Positions 38,794 through 48,123 of a stretch of 64,000 bases of DNA are shown in pieces; position 1 is the stretch's first letter, and each line of letters begins with the position of its first letter. This DNA comes from a bacterium (GTDB lineage Bacteria > UBA8248): positions 4,000,001 through 4,064,000 of the forward strand of contig OZ253442.1 in the NCBI GenBank assembly GCA_965261085.1. The letters are read 5' to 3'. A program made the position numbers and the translations under genes. A model generated the notes under the pieces. That model did no database searches, was not told the origin of the DNA, and worked only from the letters and a program-made list of their open reading frames with translations.

Positions 38794-39032
38794 GCTTTCA
38801 CATGCTCCCCGATGAGATTGACCGCTTCTTCTTCCGTGGGAAAAGCGCCCGAGTCGAGTTTCGACCACAAAAGCTCGCCATCAAGCACCAACTCGAAGGA
38901 GCCGACGCGAAAATTTCCGTCCTCGTTTCCGGCAATTTCCATGTCCGGGAAATGTTTTTTCAAATCCTGAGCCAACTGCTCATAGCGAGGCCCGTAGTTT
39001 CACTTCTGGCAATACTCAACGTGAAGTTTCAT
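38790..39032 (-). CDS. Rdx/SelW-family selenoprotein (CxxU)
   Basis: MKLHVEYCQK-TGA(39002-39000)-NYGPRY...GSFEL.LDGELLWSK...FP; GGAGAGAGG RBS; candidate SECIS hairpin 38968-38982. Confidence 0.85.
38968..38982 (-). other. Candidate bacterial SECIS hairpin
   Basis: TGAGC-AGTTG-GCTCA; the loop starts 22 nt 3' of the in-frame TGA, with G at loop position 2. Confidence 0.55.
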
Positions 39033-39240
39033 TCATCCTCTCTCCCGTAGGAAAACAAAAGTTGGCAAGCACTCTTATCATAGAAGAATTGGGGCGCGAG
39101 GAGAAGGGAGGAAAGAGACAAAACCCTCAAAACAGATTTCCCGCACACCCATCAGCCCACGAAACTCCACGCGGCTTGACTAATTCACCGACACAAGAGA
39201 AAAAACTCCCCAATTTCCAAAGAGAATTCAAGGAGAAGAA

Positions 39241-40644
39241 ATGGCTGGAATCACCCGAGTAGGAGCATATATACCCTTTCATCGCCTGGCCGGAGAAACC
39301 GTACGGGCCGTATGGGGAACCGGCAGTCCAAAGGCGTCGCGCCCGTTGGCCGGTTTTGACGAAGACCCCATCACCATGGGGGTGGAGGCGTTAATCAACG
39401 CCACGGGCTGGGGCGATTCCCAGGTCGATTCGCTCTATTTCGCCTCTACGTCACACCCTTACGCCGAAAAATCAAACGCTTCCGTTCTCGCCGCAGCGGC
39501 GGATTTACCCGAAAAACTCTTCACCCTGGATGCCGGTGGCTCTGTGCGCGCAGGCACATCCGCGCTCAAAGCCGCTTGTGACGCCATAGAAGCAGGCTCC
39601 TCCAGAGCGGCGGCCGTGGTGGCGGCGGAAAAAAGGCCCTCGCTGCCTGGAAGCCCCGATGAACTCAGCCTTTGCGACGGCGCGGCGGCGGTGTTGCTGG
39701 GTAAAGGAGACGACGGCGCGGCGGAGATCGAGGCGATTTATTCATGGTCTGAGGATTTCATCGACAGGTGGCGGCTGCCCGGCGAGGGAGCCGTCTCCGC
39801 CGGCGACGCCAAATTCATCCAGGACTACGGTTATGTGCGCCAGAGCGTCGCCACCGTCGAGGGATTGCTCAAACAAACAGGCGCCACGATAGAAGACATC
39901 GCGCGCGTGCTGGTCTACGCCCCGGACCCCCGCACGCATGCGGCAATAACCAGAAAACTGGGTTTTCCCGACTCGGCTTATCCCGAACAACCGCTCATCG
40001 CGCGCCTCGGGGATTCCGGAGCGGCGGCGCCTCTGCTCTCTCTCGTCGATGCGCTCCAAAGCGCGGAACCTGGTGAGCACATCATCGTCGCGGGTCACGG
40101 AAGCGGGGGGGAAGCCATCCTGCTCCGGGCGACGGATAAGGTCCATTCCCTGAGAACGCAGCGGGGAGTCGGCTGGTCTGTCGAGCGCGCACGCGACATC
40201 CCGAATTACGGCCAATGGCTCAAATTCAGAGGCTTATCCCCCGAGGAGGAAATCAAACCCTTCTCCTCGCCCAGTATCCTTTGGAAAGAAAACAGGGCGA
40301 CCATGCGCTTGATGGCCGGGGTTTGCCGCTCATGCGGAGAGCTTCAGTATCCCCGCCAGCAAGTCTGCAACGCTTGCGGCGCGCGGGGCGAGTGGGATGA
40401 GCGAAAACTGAGCCGCAAGGGCAAAATCTTCACCTTCGTACACGATTATCTGCCCCCATCACCTGAGGGCTTCATCACGATGGCCACGGTGGAACTCGAG
40501 GGCGGCGGGCGCTTTTACGGCCAGATGACGAATCAGGTGAAAGACGATGTCCATATCGGCATGGAGTGTGAACTCGCTTTCAGGCTTCTCCATCAGGGCA
40601 ATGGGTATTATAATTACTTCTGGAAACTGCGCCCTGCCGAATAG
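39241..40644 (+). CDS. HMG-CoA-synthase-like domain fused to DUF35 (Zn-ribbon + OB-fold)
   Basis: GAYIP..RL, DEDPITMG, DGAAAVL; C-term CRSCG..YP...CNAC and OB-fold ending YFWK. Confidence 0.82.
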   Translation: MAGITRVGAYIPFHRLAGETVRAVWGTGSPKASRPLAGFDEDPITMGVEALINATGWGDSQVDSLYFASTSHPYAEKSNASVLAAAADLPEKLFTLDAGGSVRAGTSALKAACDAIEAGSSRAAAVVAAEKRPSLPGSPDELSLCDGAAAVLLGKGDDGAAEIEAIYSWSEDFIDRWRLPGEGAVSAGDAKFIQDYGYVRQSVATVEGLLKQTGATIEDIARVLVYAPDPRTHAAITRKLGFPDSAYPEQPLIARLGDSGAAAPLLSLVDALQSAEPGEHIIVAGHGSGGEAILLRATDKVHSLRTQRGVGWSVERARDIPNYGQWLKFRGLSPEEEIKPFSSPSILWKENRATMRLMAGVCRSCGELQYPRQQVCNACGARGEWDERKLSRKGKIFTFVHDYLPPSPEGFITMATVELEGGGRFYGQMTNQVKDDVHIGMECELAFRLLHQGNGYYNYFWKLRPAE

Positions 40645-40691
40645 GGCTTCGTCTTTCCCGAGGAAAGACATCTTTTTTCAAGGAGTTGGAC

Positions 40692-41888
40692 ATGAGCGGA
40701 AGTATCGCCGGAAAAGTCGCCATCATCGGCGTGGGCATCACGAAATTCGGGGAACTCTTCGAGCAAAGCTATAACGATCTCGTCGTGGAAGCCGCCTACG
40801 AGGCCTATCAGGATGCGGGCGTGAGCGGCGACGACATCGAGGCCGCCTGGCTGGGCACGTATCTGCCGCTCGGCTGGGGCTTCGACGGCACCGGCGGACC
40901 CTCGCTTGCAGAAGCCTTGAACCTCTACCCGAAACCCGTCTCTCGGGTGTCGAACTATTGCACGACGGGCATGGAAGCCGTCCGCATGGCGGCGATGGCC
41001 GTGGCCTCGGGCATGCACGACATCGTCCTGGCCGTCGGCGCCGAGAAGATGCGCGAAGTCCCCCCCCGGGGCAGCCTGGTCGCGCAACACGTTGAAAAAC
41101 TTCACCCTATGTACTCGAAAGGCCGCACGGCACCGGGCAGTTTCGCCGTTCTGGCGAGGAGATACTTTGAGGAATTCGGCGCGGACAAAGAAGACCTGGC
41201 AGAGGTGGCGGTGAAGAATCACTATCACGGGAGTCTGAACCCGCGCGCGCACTTCAGGAAGGAGATTACCAAGGAGCAGGTCCTCAAAGCCCCGCCGGTC
41301 ACCGAACCCTTAGGGCTATACGATTGCTGCCCCACGACGGACGGCGCCGCGGCTATCGTGCTCTGCCGGGCGGACCTGGCCGAGAAGCGCTTCGCCAAGA
41401 AAGACTACGTCTTGATCGACGGCATGGGACTTTCCTGCGCGACGGGCTACATCACCACGGCGTTCAACCCCAGGTTCAGCTTCATCGGCTTCGAGGCCAC
41501 CCAGGAGGCCGCGCGCCAGGCCTACGAACAGTCCGGCGTGACGAACCCGCGCGAGGAGATAGACGTCGCGGAAGTGCATGATTGTTTTACGATTACGGAG
41601 ATTCTGAACTACGAGGACTTGGGCTTCGTCAAGAAGGGCGAGGGGCCTGATTTCGTGAAAAGCGGCGCGAGCAGGCTCGGCGGCGAGCTGCCCGTAAACA
41701 CCTCGGGCGGCCTCAAAAGCTGCGGCCATCCCATCGGCGCCACGGGCGCGCGCGTGGTGGCCGACCTCACGCACCAGCTCTTAGGACGCTGCGGCGAGCG
41801 CCAGGTGAAGGGCGCCAAACGAGCGCTCGGCCACACCCTCGGCGGCCCGGGAGCGGTCTCCAGCGTGTTCGTTTTGAGCAAGAATTAA
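40692..41888 (+). CDS. Thiolase family protein (SCP-x/archaeal type)
   Basis: NYCTTG, VGAEKM, AEVHDCF, NTSGGLKSCGHPIGATG. Confidence 0.9.
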   Translation: MSGSIAGKVAIIGVGITKFGELFEQSYNDLVVEAAYEAYQDAGVSGDDIEAAWLGTYLPLGWGFDGTGGPSLAEALNLYPKPVSRVSNYCTTGMEAVRMAAMAVASGMHDIVLAVGAEKMREVPPRGSLVAQHVEKLHPMYSKGRTAPGSFAVLARRYFEEFGADKEDLAEVAVKNHYHGSLNPRAHFRKEITKEQVLKAPPVTEPLGLYDCCPTTDGAAAIVLCRADLAEKRFAKKDYVLIDGMGLSCATGYITTAFNPRFSFIGFEATQEAARQAYEQSGVTNPREEIDVAEVHDCFTITEILNYEDLGFVKKGEGPDFVKSGASRLGGELPVNTSGGLKSCGHPIGATGARVVADLTHQLLGRCGERQVKGAKRALGHTLGGPGAVSSVFVLSKN

Positions 41889-41901
41889 CCAGATAATGAA
41901 A

Positions 41902-41923
41902 CCCCCGGGCGATCGCCCGGGGG
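41902..41923. repeat. Perfect 22-bp palindrome after the thiolase (terminator-like)
   Basis: CCCCCGGGCGATCGCCCGGGGG. Confidence 0.7.
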
Positions 41924-42323
41924 AATTTTACCCCGGCGACTCCCCGCATTTCCGCGCATTTCCCCTCGAAAATTTTCAGAAAAAGGTCGTCAATTTATCG
42001 AAAAACCCCGTGAATTTATCGATATTTTCAGAAATTCCTTATTCTCGAACGAGCCGATCGGCTCCGCCATCATACCGAAATCCCCCGAATGCCCACGGAC
42101 GGCAAATGCGGGCGAATGCGCCTTCGCCCCGGTGCGGGCGATCTCAAGAAATCGCTCTCGTCCGGGGGTGGAGTCGGGACTACTCAGGATAAGATTCGAG
42201 AAGACGCCGGGCGCCGAAATCACCCCGGAGGAAATCCGCCGAGGAGCGACCCGGCTCCGGGCGCGGAATGCACCCATCCAAAAATCGGGGGTCAAGCTTT
42301 TTTCGAGGGACGCGTGGACGACT

Positions 42324-42354
42324 CCGTAAGGGCGGTTCATCAACCGCCCCACGG
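42324..42354. repeat. REP-like palindrome (GTAG family), copy 1
   Basis: CCGTAAGGGCGGTTCATCAACCGCCCCACGG. Confidence 0.6.
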
Positions 42355-42500
42355 TGAGTCACCCTTTCGTTGTTATCCTCATCTCATCCTAAGTTCACCA
42401 ATCCCCCACTTGCTCTATACTCTCTTTCTTGCAGGTGGAGTTTCACTCACAACACGAGGAGACCCGGAAACACCACACGAGGCGCACGAGGAGACCCGAC

Positions 42501-42938
42501 ATGCCTTACAAGATAGGACCCATAATAAGCGGGATGCTCATCCTCGCCCTTGCGTTCGCGGCGCAGGCGGCGGCGTTCGAGCAACGCGTTCCGGCGCGGG
42601 TAAAGAAAGTCATCGACGGCGACACCGTGAAGGTCGAAGCCAGGCTGTGGCCGGGCATCATCGCGCAGATCAACGTGCGGGTGCGCGGCGTCGACACGCC
42701 CGAGATAAGGCGCGCGCAGTGCGGCGAGTATGAACGCCAAAGGGGCCGTGCGGCGCGCGATTTCGTCCGCGGGATAATCGGCAAGAACGTCTGGCTCATC
42801 AACGTGACGCACGGCAAGTTCGGCCGCCGCGTCGTGGCGAGCGTGTGGCTGGCGGACGGGCGCGACCTCGCCACGCTGCTGATCGCCACCGGCCATGGCC
42901 GTCCCTACCGGGGCGGACGACGCAGCAAATGGTGTTGA
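42501..42938 (+). CDS. Exported thermonuclease (SNase-like) family protein
   Basis: Signal peptide, VIDGDTV, VRVRGVDTPE, GKFGRRV; GAGGAG RBS. Confidence 0.88.
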   Translation: MPYKIGPIISGMLILALAFAAQAAAFEQRVPARVKKVIDGDTVKVEARLWPGIIAQINVRVRGVDTPEIRRAQCGEYERQRGRAARDFVRGIIGKNVWLINVTHGKFGRRVVASVWLADGRDLATLLIATGHGRPYRGGRRSKWC

Positions 42939-43016
42939 GGGGAATGGGATGCGCGGCTCCAGATTTTATCCCGTTCTAAATGGCCAAGGGATCCTTAATC
43001 CGCTTTTAACGAATTT

Positions 43017-43040
43017 GTAGGGGCGGCTCGCGAGCCGCCC
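43017..43040. repeat. REP-like palindrome (GTAG family), copy 2
   Basis: GTAGGGGCGGCTCGCGAGCCGCCC; a half copy GCGAACCGCCCCTAC lies at 44092-44106. Confidence 0.65.
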
Positions 43041-43105
43041 TTTTGTAGCGGCTATATTTTCACATGTGAATTAGTAGGTAGGGTATCACATTCGAGTTAA
43101 GAGAA

Positions 43106-43984
43106 TTATTCCTTGAGGGGCTTTCCGCACCATTCCAGTTGCTTGCCAGTCTTAGCGTCGAGAGCGTTGTCCAATTTCGGCGGTTTGCCTTCAACTGTTC
43201 TCGCTTGATTAAGTCGTCCCTGAGTAAGGCCTTTACAAGATCCCAATTTCGCATTGGTCAGATTTGCGTTGAGTAGATTCGCCCCATCTAGCTTCACATG
43301 GCCCAGATTTGCACTGGTCAGATTAGCACCGGGTAAGTCAACGCGAACCAGATTCGCAAACCGCAAAAACACGCTACCCAGTTCTGCTTTGCGTAAATCC
43401 AGCCTATAAGTAGGTCTCTCTTGTTTTTCCATCTCAATTTGCGTATCACTGCGTTTGCCAATTGCCGTCATGATCTCTTGAATATCCGGGCGCAATTTCT
43501 CAGGGCCTTGATGGATATGGCGATTCGTTGATCCGGCATCCTCACCATCTTCAATCGTCGGGTTGTGAACAAAAGCGCAGAAGAGCTTCATAATCTGAAC
43601 ATGGTATTCCCGTGGATGCACATGGGCGAGATGAGTAAGGTCATAGATGCCGCCGAGACGAACCGCAAGAACGTGGCTGCCGAGCATCTCCGCGCCTTTC
43701 TGATAACGTTCATTCAGCAAACTACGCTGCGCCGTTTTGGATTGACGATCCGCCACTCTGGCGCGCCATACAGCAAGCCCCAAGCCAGTAACTGCGGCGA
43801 GAGCCAGGAAAACACTACGAGCCGTCGTTATGTGCGACTCAGAACCATCCGGTGTCTTTCGAAGCCAAACCCATAAGCACGACAGCCCATCATGGAAATA
43901 CCAGATCGAAACACCAAGCAGCACGACTAGACCAGCCGCATACCATCCTTTCTTCTTCTTGTGTTCAACCATGTCCGGCTTCAT
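43106..43984 (-). CDS. Membrane-anchored pentapeptide-repeat protein
   Basis: Two N-terminal TM helices, ERYQKGAEMLG...VRLGGIY.L, C-terminal ANLxx repeats. Confidence 0.85.
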   Translation of the reverse strand: MKPDMVEHKKKKGWYAAGLVVLLGVSIWYFHDGLSCLWVWLRKTPDGSESHITTARSVFLALAAVTGLGLAVWRARVADRQSKTAQRSLLNERYQKGAEMLGSHVLAVRLGGIYDLTHLAHVHPREYHVQIMKLFCAFVHNPTIEDGEDAGSTNRHIHQGPEKLRPDIQEIMTAIGKRSDTQIEMEKQERPTYRLDLRKAELGSVFLRFANLVRVDLPGANLTSANLGHVKLDGANLLNANLTNAKLGSCKGLTQGRLNQARTVEGKPPKLDNALDAKTGKQLEWCGKPLKE

Positions 43985-44294
43985 ATCTGTTTGTCATTCA
44001 TTATGAACTATTCCTGTCCATTCTTTGTCTTCAATATCGCAACGATTCACCTTACGGAAAAGAGCGAGCTATGGCAAAGAAACGAGCAGTGGCGAACCGC
44101 CCCTACAAGGAGTTGTTGAAAAAGTCCTTGCGGGTCGCCCCCCCCTTTGCAGAGCGTCCAACAGCCATTCCCCCCTTGAGGGGACTGTTGAAAAAGCCCT
44201 GATAAACAGAGAATGGATTTCTTAATCGACATAGGCTTATAAATTGATTCCCCCCCGTTAGGGGGATATCACCTCCTGCCGAAGTGAAAGAATT

Positions 44295-44447
44295 CACTCC
44301 CCCCTTGAGGGGGAGTCGAAGAGGCCGAGCCCTTGGGCGAAGGCCGATTCGATGGGGGGACACTCTCCAAAATACAAAAGCTCCCCCCACCAGTTCGCTT
44401 GCGGGCTTACGCCCTTAGCTCACTGACTCCCCCTCAAGGGGGGAGTG
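44295..44447. mobile_element. 153-bp MITE/REP-like element with perfect 23-bp terminal inverted repeats
   Basis: CACTCCCCCCTTGAGGGGGAGTC (44295-44317) and its exact reverse complement (44425-44447); internal GGGGGG/CCCCCC stem. Confidence 0.6.
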
Positions 44448-44592
44448 GTTCTCTTCTCTCTCGTCGGTTGACAATGTGTTCAGGGGAGGAGTCCCCAGGC
44501 GTGTAGGCGGCGGTGACTTGCACCTCATTGATGAGGACGTTCTTTCGCTCGTCGTAATATGTCGTGAAGGCGAAACTGGACGGTTCGAGCAT
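44434..44592 (-). pseudogene. Truncated 52-aa ORF, possible remnant of a retropepsin-like protease partner gene
   Basis: ATG immediately follows the upstream TAG; MLEPSSFAFTTYYDERKNVLINEVQVTAAY... ends at a TGA inside the inverted repeat. Confidence 0.4.
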
Positions 44593-44838
44593 CTACGAAA
44601 ACCAGACCCTCGAATGAAAGGTCTCTATCGTGCTGTCCGGATCGGAGCTGCATTCCTGCACGAGAAACGTGCCCAACTCATGCTTTTTGGCCGTCGTCTC
44701 GACGGCCTCCATCTCGTCGTCGTAGGTCCCGATCACTCGCCGGTTCTTGATTACGATGTACTTTCCCTTGTACTTCTCGGCGAGTTCGGACTGGTGATCG
44801 AGATAGAATTGAAAATCATCTTTCAATAGCGGTTCCAT
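44593..44838 (-). CDS. Small DUF5678-like protein
   Basis: F.FYL.HQ.EL..KY.GKYIVIK...VIG.YD pattern; GAGAGA RBS. Confidence 0.65.
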   Translation of the reverse strand: MEPLLKDDFQFYLDHQSELAEKYKGKYIVIKNRRVIGTYDDEMEAVETTAKKHELGTFLVQECSSDPDSTIETFHSRVWFS

Positions 44839-44994
44839 GGCTTTCTCTCATGCTCACACAACTTCACTGCGGGTCAAGGCATGGGCCTCACCTCGTACTC
44901 ATAATCTATCCATCGTGTTCATGAAGTCAAATTCCAAATGTCGAAGACCTATCGCAGGGTCGCCATGCGTCAAAACGCGCGCTCCCAACACCCC

Positions 44995-47373
44995 TCACCC
45001 CACCACCTCCCGGCACGCATCCTCGATGTGCGTCTGGCCGATCTGGAGGGCGTCGTAGACTTCATGCGGGAGGCCGCTCTGGCCGAACTGGTCCGTGCCC
45101 AGGCATCTCTGGTCAGCACCCAGCGCGCCACCAAGGAAAGAGAGCGCGAGCGAGTGGCCGTCCAGCACGGAGACGACCGGGTTGTCGCGGTGCTCATCGC
45201 CCACCATCATCTCGAGGCGCGAGGGGCGGCCCTCTTTTTTGGCTTTTTTGTGATCGGCGTAGATTCTGTCCGCACTCGTGAGGACGAAGACGTTCACGTA
45301 TACGCCCTCAGCCTCCATCGAACGTGCGGCGGCGATGGCTTCGGGCGTCATCACCCCGCTCACGAACAGGTTCACCGCGTTCACGCCCGCGCGGTAGCCG
45401 GGCGCCTCTTTCGCCGAGTGAAGCAGGTAGCCGCCGCCTAAGGCGTTTCGCCGCAACACCTCGCGCTTTAAGGGATCCGAGAGCCAGTCTCCGGGCAGGA
45501 GATTCTGATCCACGGGCTTGGTGCTCAGGCGCAGGTAGAAGGCCGGGCAATCGCCCTTGCCCAGAACGCGGCCGATGGCCGAGAGGAGCAGCCATTCGAC
45601 CTCGACGGCGAAGGTCGGCTCATAGGCTTCGAGCCCCGGCATTTCGAGAACCACCGCGGGCGTGAGGATGCTCTGGTGCGCGCCTCCCTCTGGGGATAGG
45701 CTCGTGCCGCTCGGCGTCGCCACCACGATGAAGCGCCCGCCGTTATAGACCGCGTAGCGAAGCGCATCGAGACAGCGGCTGATGAAGGTGTCATAGAGCG
45801 TGCCGATGGGGCAGACGCGCACCCCGCAAAGCTCCTTGGAGACCCCAAAGGCGGCGAGCAGCAGCATGAGATTGTTCTCGGAAATCCCCAGTTCGATGTG
45901 CTGGCCCGCAGGGGATTCCTCCCATTTGAGGAGCCGCTGCACCTGCTGGAGGGCAAAGAAATCCGCCTTGCCCTCGGGGTGATACACGCCGCGCCGGTTA
46001 ATCCAGCCGCCCAGGTTGGTGCTCACGGCCACGTCGGGCGAGGTGGTGACGATGTGGCGCGCGAGGGCATCCTCGCGGGCCAGGCGCGTCATGATGGCGC
46101 CGAACGCCTCCTGCGTGGAACTCATTGCGGAAAAATTCGCACCCACCTCTTGGGGCACGGGGCCGGGGGCAATCTCTTCTCTGGCGAGGGCGGCTCTGGC
46201 GTCATAGCGCGCCACCGCCGCCTCGACCGCTCGGGCTTCGGGGCTATCCCCCGGGAGGGGCGCAAGCTCTTCTCCCTCGCCCAGGCCTGCGGAATCACGG
46301 AGTACCGCGATTTGCGCCTCGGTCAGGAGTTGTGAGTGATTCATCGGGTCGCCCGCGATGGGCAGCCCCCAGCCCTTGACGGTGTAGGCCAGGATCATCA
46401 CGGGCTTATCACTTACGCCGTCCGCCTCATCGAGTCCCTCCAGGATGCACTCGATGTCGTGCCCCCCCAGGTCGGACAGAAGGGCGGGCAACTCCTCATC
46501 CGCGAAGCGATCCAGCAACCCCGCGAGTCCTTTGTATTCGCCCGCCTCATTGCGCGTGAGGCCTTCTCTTATCTCGCTGCCGCTCCTTCCGATGAGGCTT
46601 TGGTACTCGCTGTTCGACATGTCGTCGATGCGTCTTCTCAGCGACTCGCCACCTCTAAGCGCGAACGCGGCTTGCAGGCGCTTTCCGTACTTGAGTTCCA
46701 CCACGTGCCAGCCGTGCAGGCGAAACTGATCGCGAATCTGCTGCGCCTTGCCGTCGGGCACGACGCGGTCGAGACTCTGGCGGTTCAGGTCCACCACCCA
46801 GATGACGTTGCCCAGGTGGGCGACGTATTCCTCCGCGAGCGCCTCCCAGATGTTTCCCTCATCGAGTTCCGCGTCCCCCACCAGGGAGATGAAGCGCTGG
46901 GTGGGGCCTGCGCCGAAATGATCGTCGATGTAGGACTGCATGAGCGCGGCGAACGAAGCGGCGACAGAGGGCAGCCCGAGCGAGCCTGTGGAGAAATCGA
47001 CGGGGTATTCGTCTTTGGAGCGGCTCGGGTAGGCCTGGAGGCCGCCGAAGGCGCGCAAGTCTCTCAAGCGCTCCATCGGCAAATCGCCCCTGAGCGCGTG
47101 GGCCGCGTGCAGCACGGGCGAGGCGTGGGGCTTGATGGCCAGCCTGTCTCCCGTCTTGAGCCAGCGGAAGAACATGGCCGTCATCAGGCTCACGACGGAG
47201 GATGAACTCGCCTGGTGGCCGCCTATCTTGATGCCCCCGGTGCCTTCGCGCAGGTTGTTCGCGTAATGAACGCTGTAGGTGGAGAGCCACAGGAGCCGTT
47301 TTTCCAGGCGGCGCAGAATATCGGCCTCGCCCGGTTCAATGGCGTTCGTCTCTGGCGGAGGGTTCACGCCCAT
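44995..47373 (-). CDS. ThDP-dependent 2-oxoacid dehydrogenase E1 (AceE/transketolase-like)
   Basis: GGHQAS, GLQAYPS, STGSLG, GDAELDEG, NRQSLD, ELGISENN, EGGAHQS. Confidence 0.88.
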   Translation of the reverse strand: MGVNPPPETNAIEPGEADILRRLEKRLLWLSTYSVHYANNLREGTGGIKIGGHQASSSSVVSLMTAMFFRWLKTGDRLAIKPHASPVLHAAHALRGDLPMERLRDLRAFGGLQAYPSRSKDEYPVDFSTGSLGLPSVAASFAALMQSYIDDHFGAGPTQRFISLVGDAELDEGNIWEALAEEYVAHLGNVIWVVDLNRQSLDRVVPDGKAQQIRDQFRLHGWHVVELKYGKRLQAAFALRGGESLRRRIDDMSNSEYQSLIGRSGSEIREGLTRNEAGEYKGLAGLLDRFADEELPALLSDLGGHDIECILEGLDEADGVSDKPVMILAYTVKGWGLPIAGDPMNHSQLLTEAQIAVLRDSAGLGEGEELAPLPGDSPEARAVEAAVARYDARAALAREEIAPGPVPQEVGANFSAMSSTQEAFGAIMTRLAREDALARHIVTTSPDVAVSTNLGGWINRRGVYHPEGKADFFALQQVQRLLKWEESPAGQHIELGISENNLMLLLAAFGVSKELCGVRVCPIGTLYDTFISRCLDALRYAVYNGGRFIVVATPSGTSLSPEGGAHQSILTPAVVLEMPGLEAYEPTFAVEVEWLLLSAIGRVLGKGDCPAFYLRLSTKPVDQNLLPGDWLSDPLKREVLRRNALGGGYLLHSAKEAPGYRAGVNAVNLFVSGVMTPEAIAAARSMEAEGVYVNVFVLTSADRIYADHKKAKKEGRPSRLEMMVGDEHRDNPVVSVLDGHSLALSFLGGALGADQRCLGTDQFGQSGLPHEVYDALQIGQTHIEDACREVVG

Positions 47374-47404
47374 CCCTCCCTAGGGAGCGCGGGTGGGTTC
47401 GAGA

Positions 47405-48115
47405 TTACTCACGCACCCCGGTGTGAAGCTCGGCGATGCCGCCCGTCATCGGGCGATGGCTCACCTCGCGAAAGCCCGCATCGCGCATCATCGCCGAGAG
47501 CCTCTCGGCGTCCGGAAATTCATACACCGTGTTTGGAAGGTAACTATACGCGCTTCGGTGCGCGGAGACGAGCCGCCCCACGACCGGGAGAAGGACTCTG
47601 AAGTAAAAGGCGTACAAAAGCCCGAACAAACCCCGAGGGTGCCCGAATTCCAGAACAACGAGCCTGCCTCCAGCCCGCAGCACGCGCCCCATCTCGGCGA
47701 GACCCGCCTCTCTATCCTCGAAATTACGCAGGCCGAACGCGATGATCACCCCGTCGAACGCGGCATCCTTAATGGGGAGTTTCAAGCCGTCTGCCTGTAT
47801 GAGGGAAAGGGGCGCGCCGCGCGCCGCCGCTTTTTTCTTTCCGCGCGCGAGCATGGGATACGCGAAATCAACGCCTAAAACCCGCGCGCAGCTATCGGCC
47901 TGGCGGTGTACCTCCAGGGCGACGTCCGCCGTGCCTGTCGCCAGATCGAGAAAGCAGGCCTCCTTTCCACCCGAATCGCGCAGAAGGCTCGCCACGGCGC
48001 GCTTTCGCCAGAGACGATCCACGCCGAAGCTCAAAGTCCGGTTCAGGAGGTCGTAGGTGGGCGCGATGTCCGAGAACATCGCCTGGACTTGCTTTTTCTC
48101 GATGCGGGTCGGCAC
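47405..48115 (-). CDS. menG: Demethylmenaquinone methyltransferase (UbiE/MenG)
   Basis: MFSDIAPTYDLLN, LDLATGTAD, IAFGLRN, AYSYLP; GTG 48115 chosen to avoid overlap with the upstream gene. Confidence 0.9.
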   Translation of the reverse strand: MPTRIEKKQVQAMFSDIAPTYDLLNRTLSFGVDRLWRKRAVASLLRDSGGKEACFLDLATGTADVALEVHRQADSCARVLGVDFAYPMLARGKKKAAARGAPLSLIQADGLKLPIKDAAFDGVIIAFGLRNFEDREAGLAEMGRVLRAGGRLVVLEFGHPRGLFGLLYAFYFRVLLPVVGRLVSAHRSAYSYLPNTVYEFPDAERLSAMMRDAGFREVSHRPMTGGIAELHTGVRE

Positions 48116-48123
48116 GAGAGCGC

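Noticed and set aside
41963-42309. 10-bp inverted repeat CCCTCGAAAA...TTTTCGAGGG as MITE ends
   Set aside because: Too short, and no target-site duplication is evident; could be chance.
41890-44450. Possible CRISPR array or integron attC array
   Set aside because: Repeats are irregularly spaced and non-identical; no cas gene or integrase; the genes between them are in opposite orientations.
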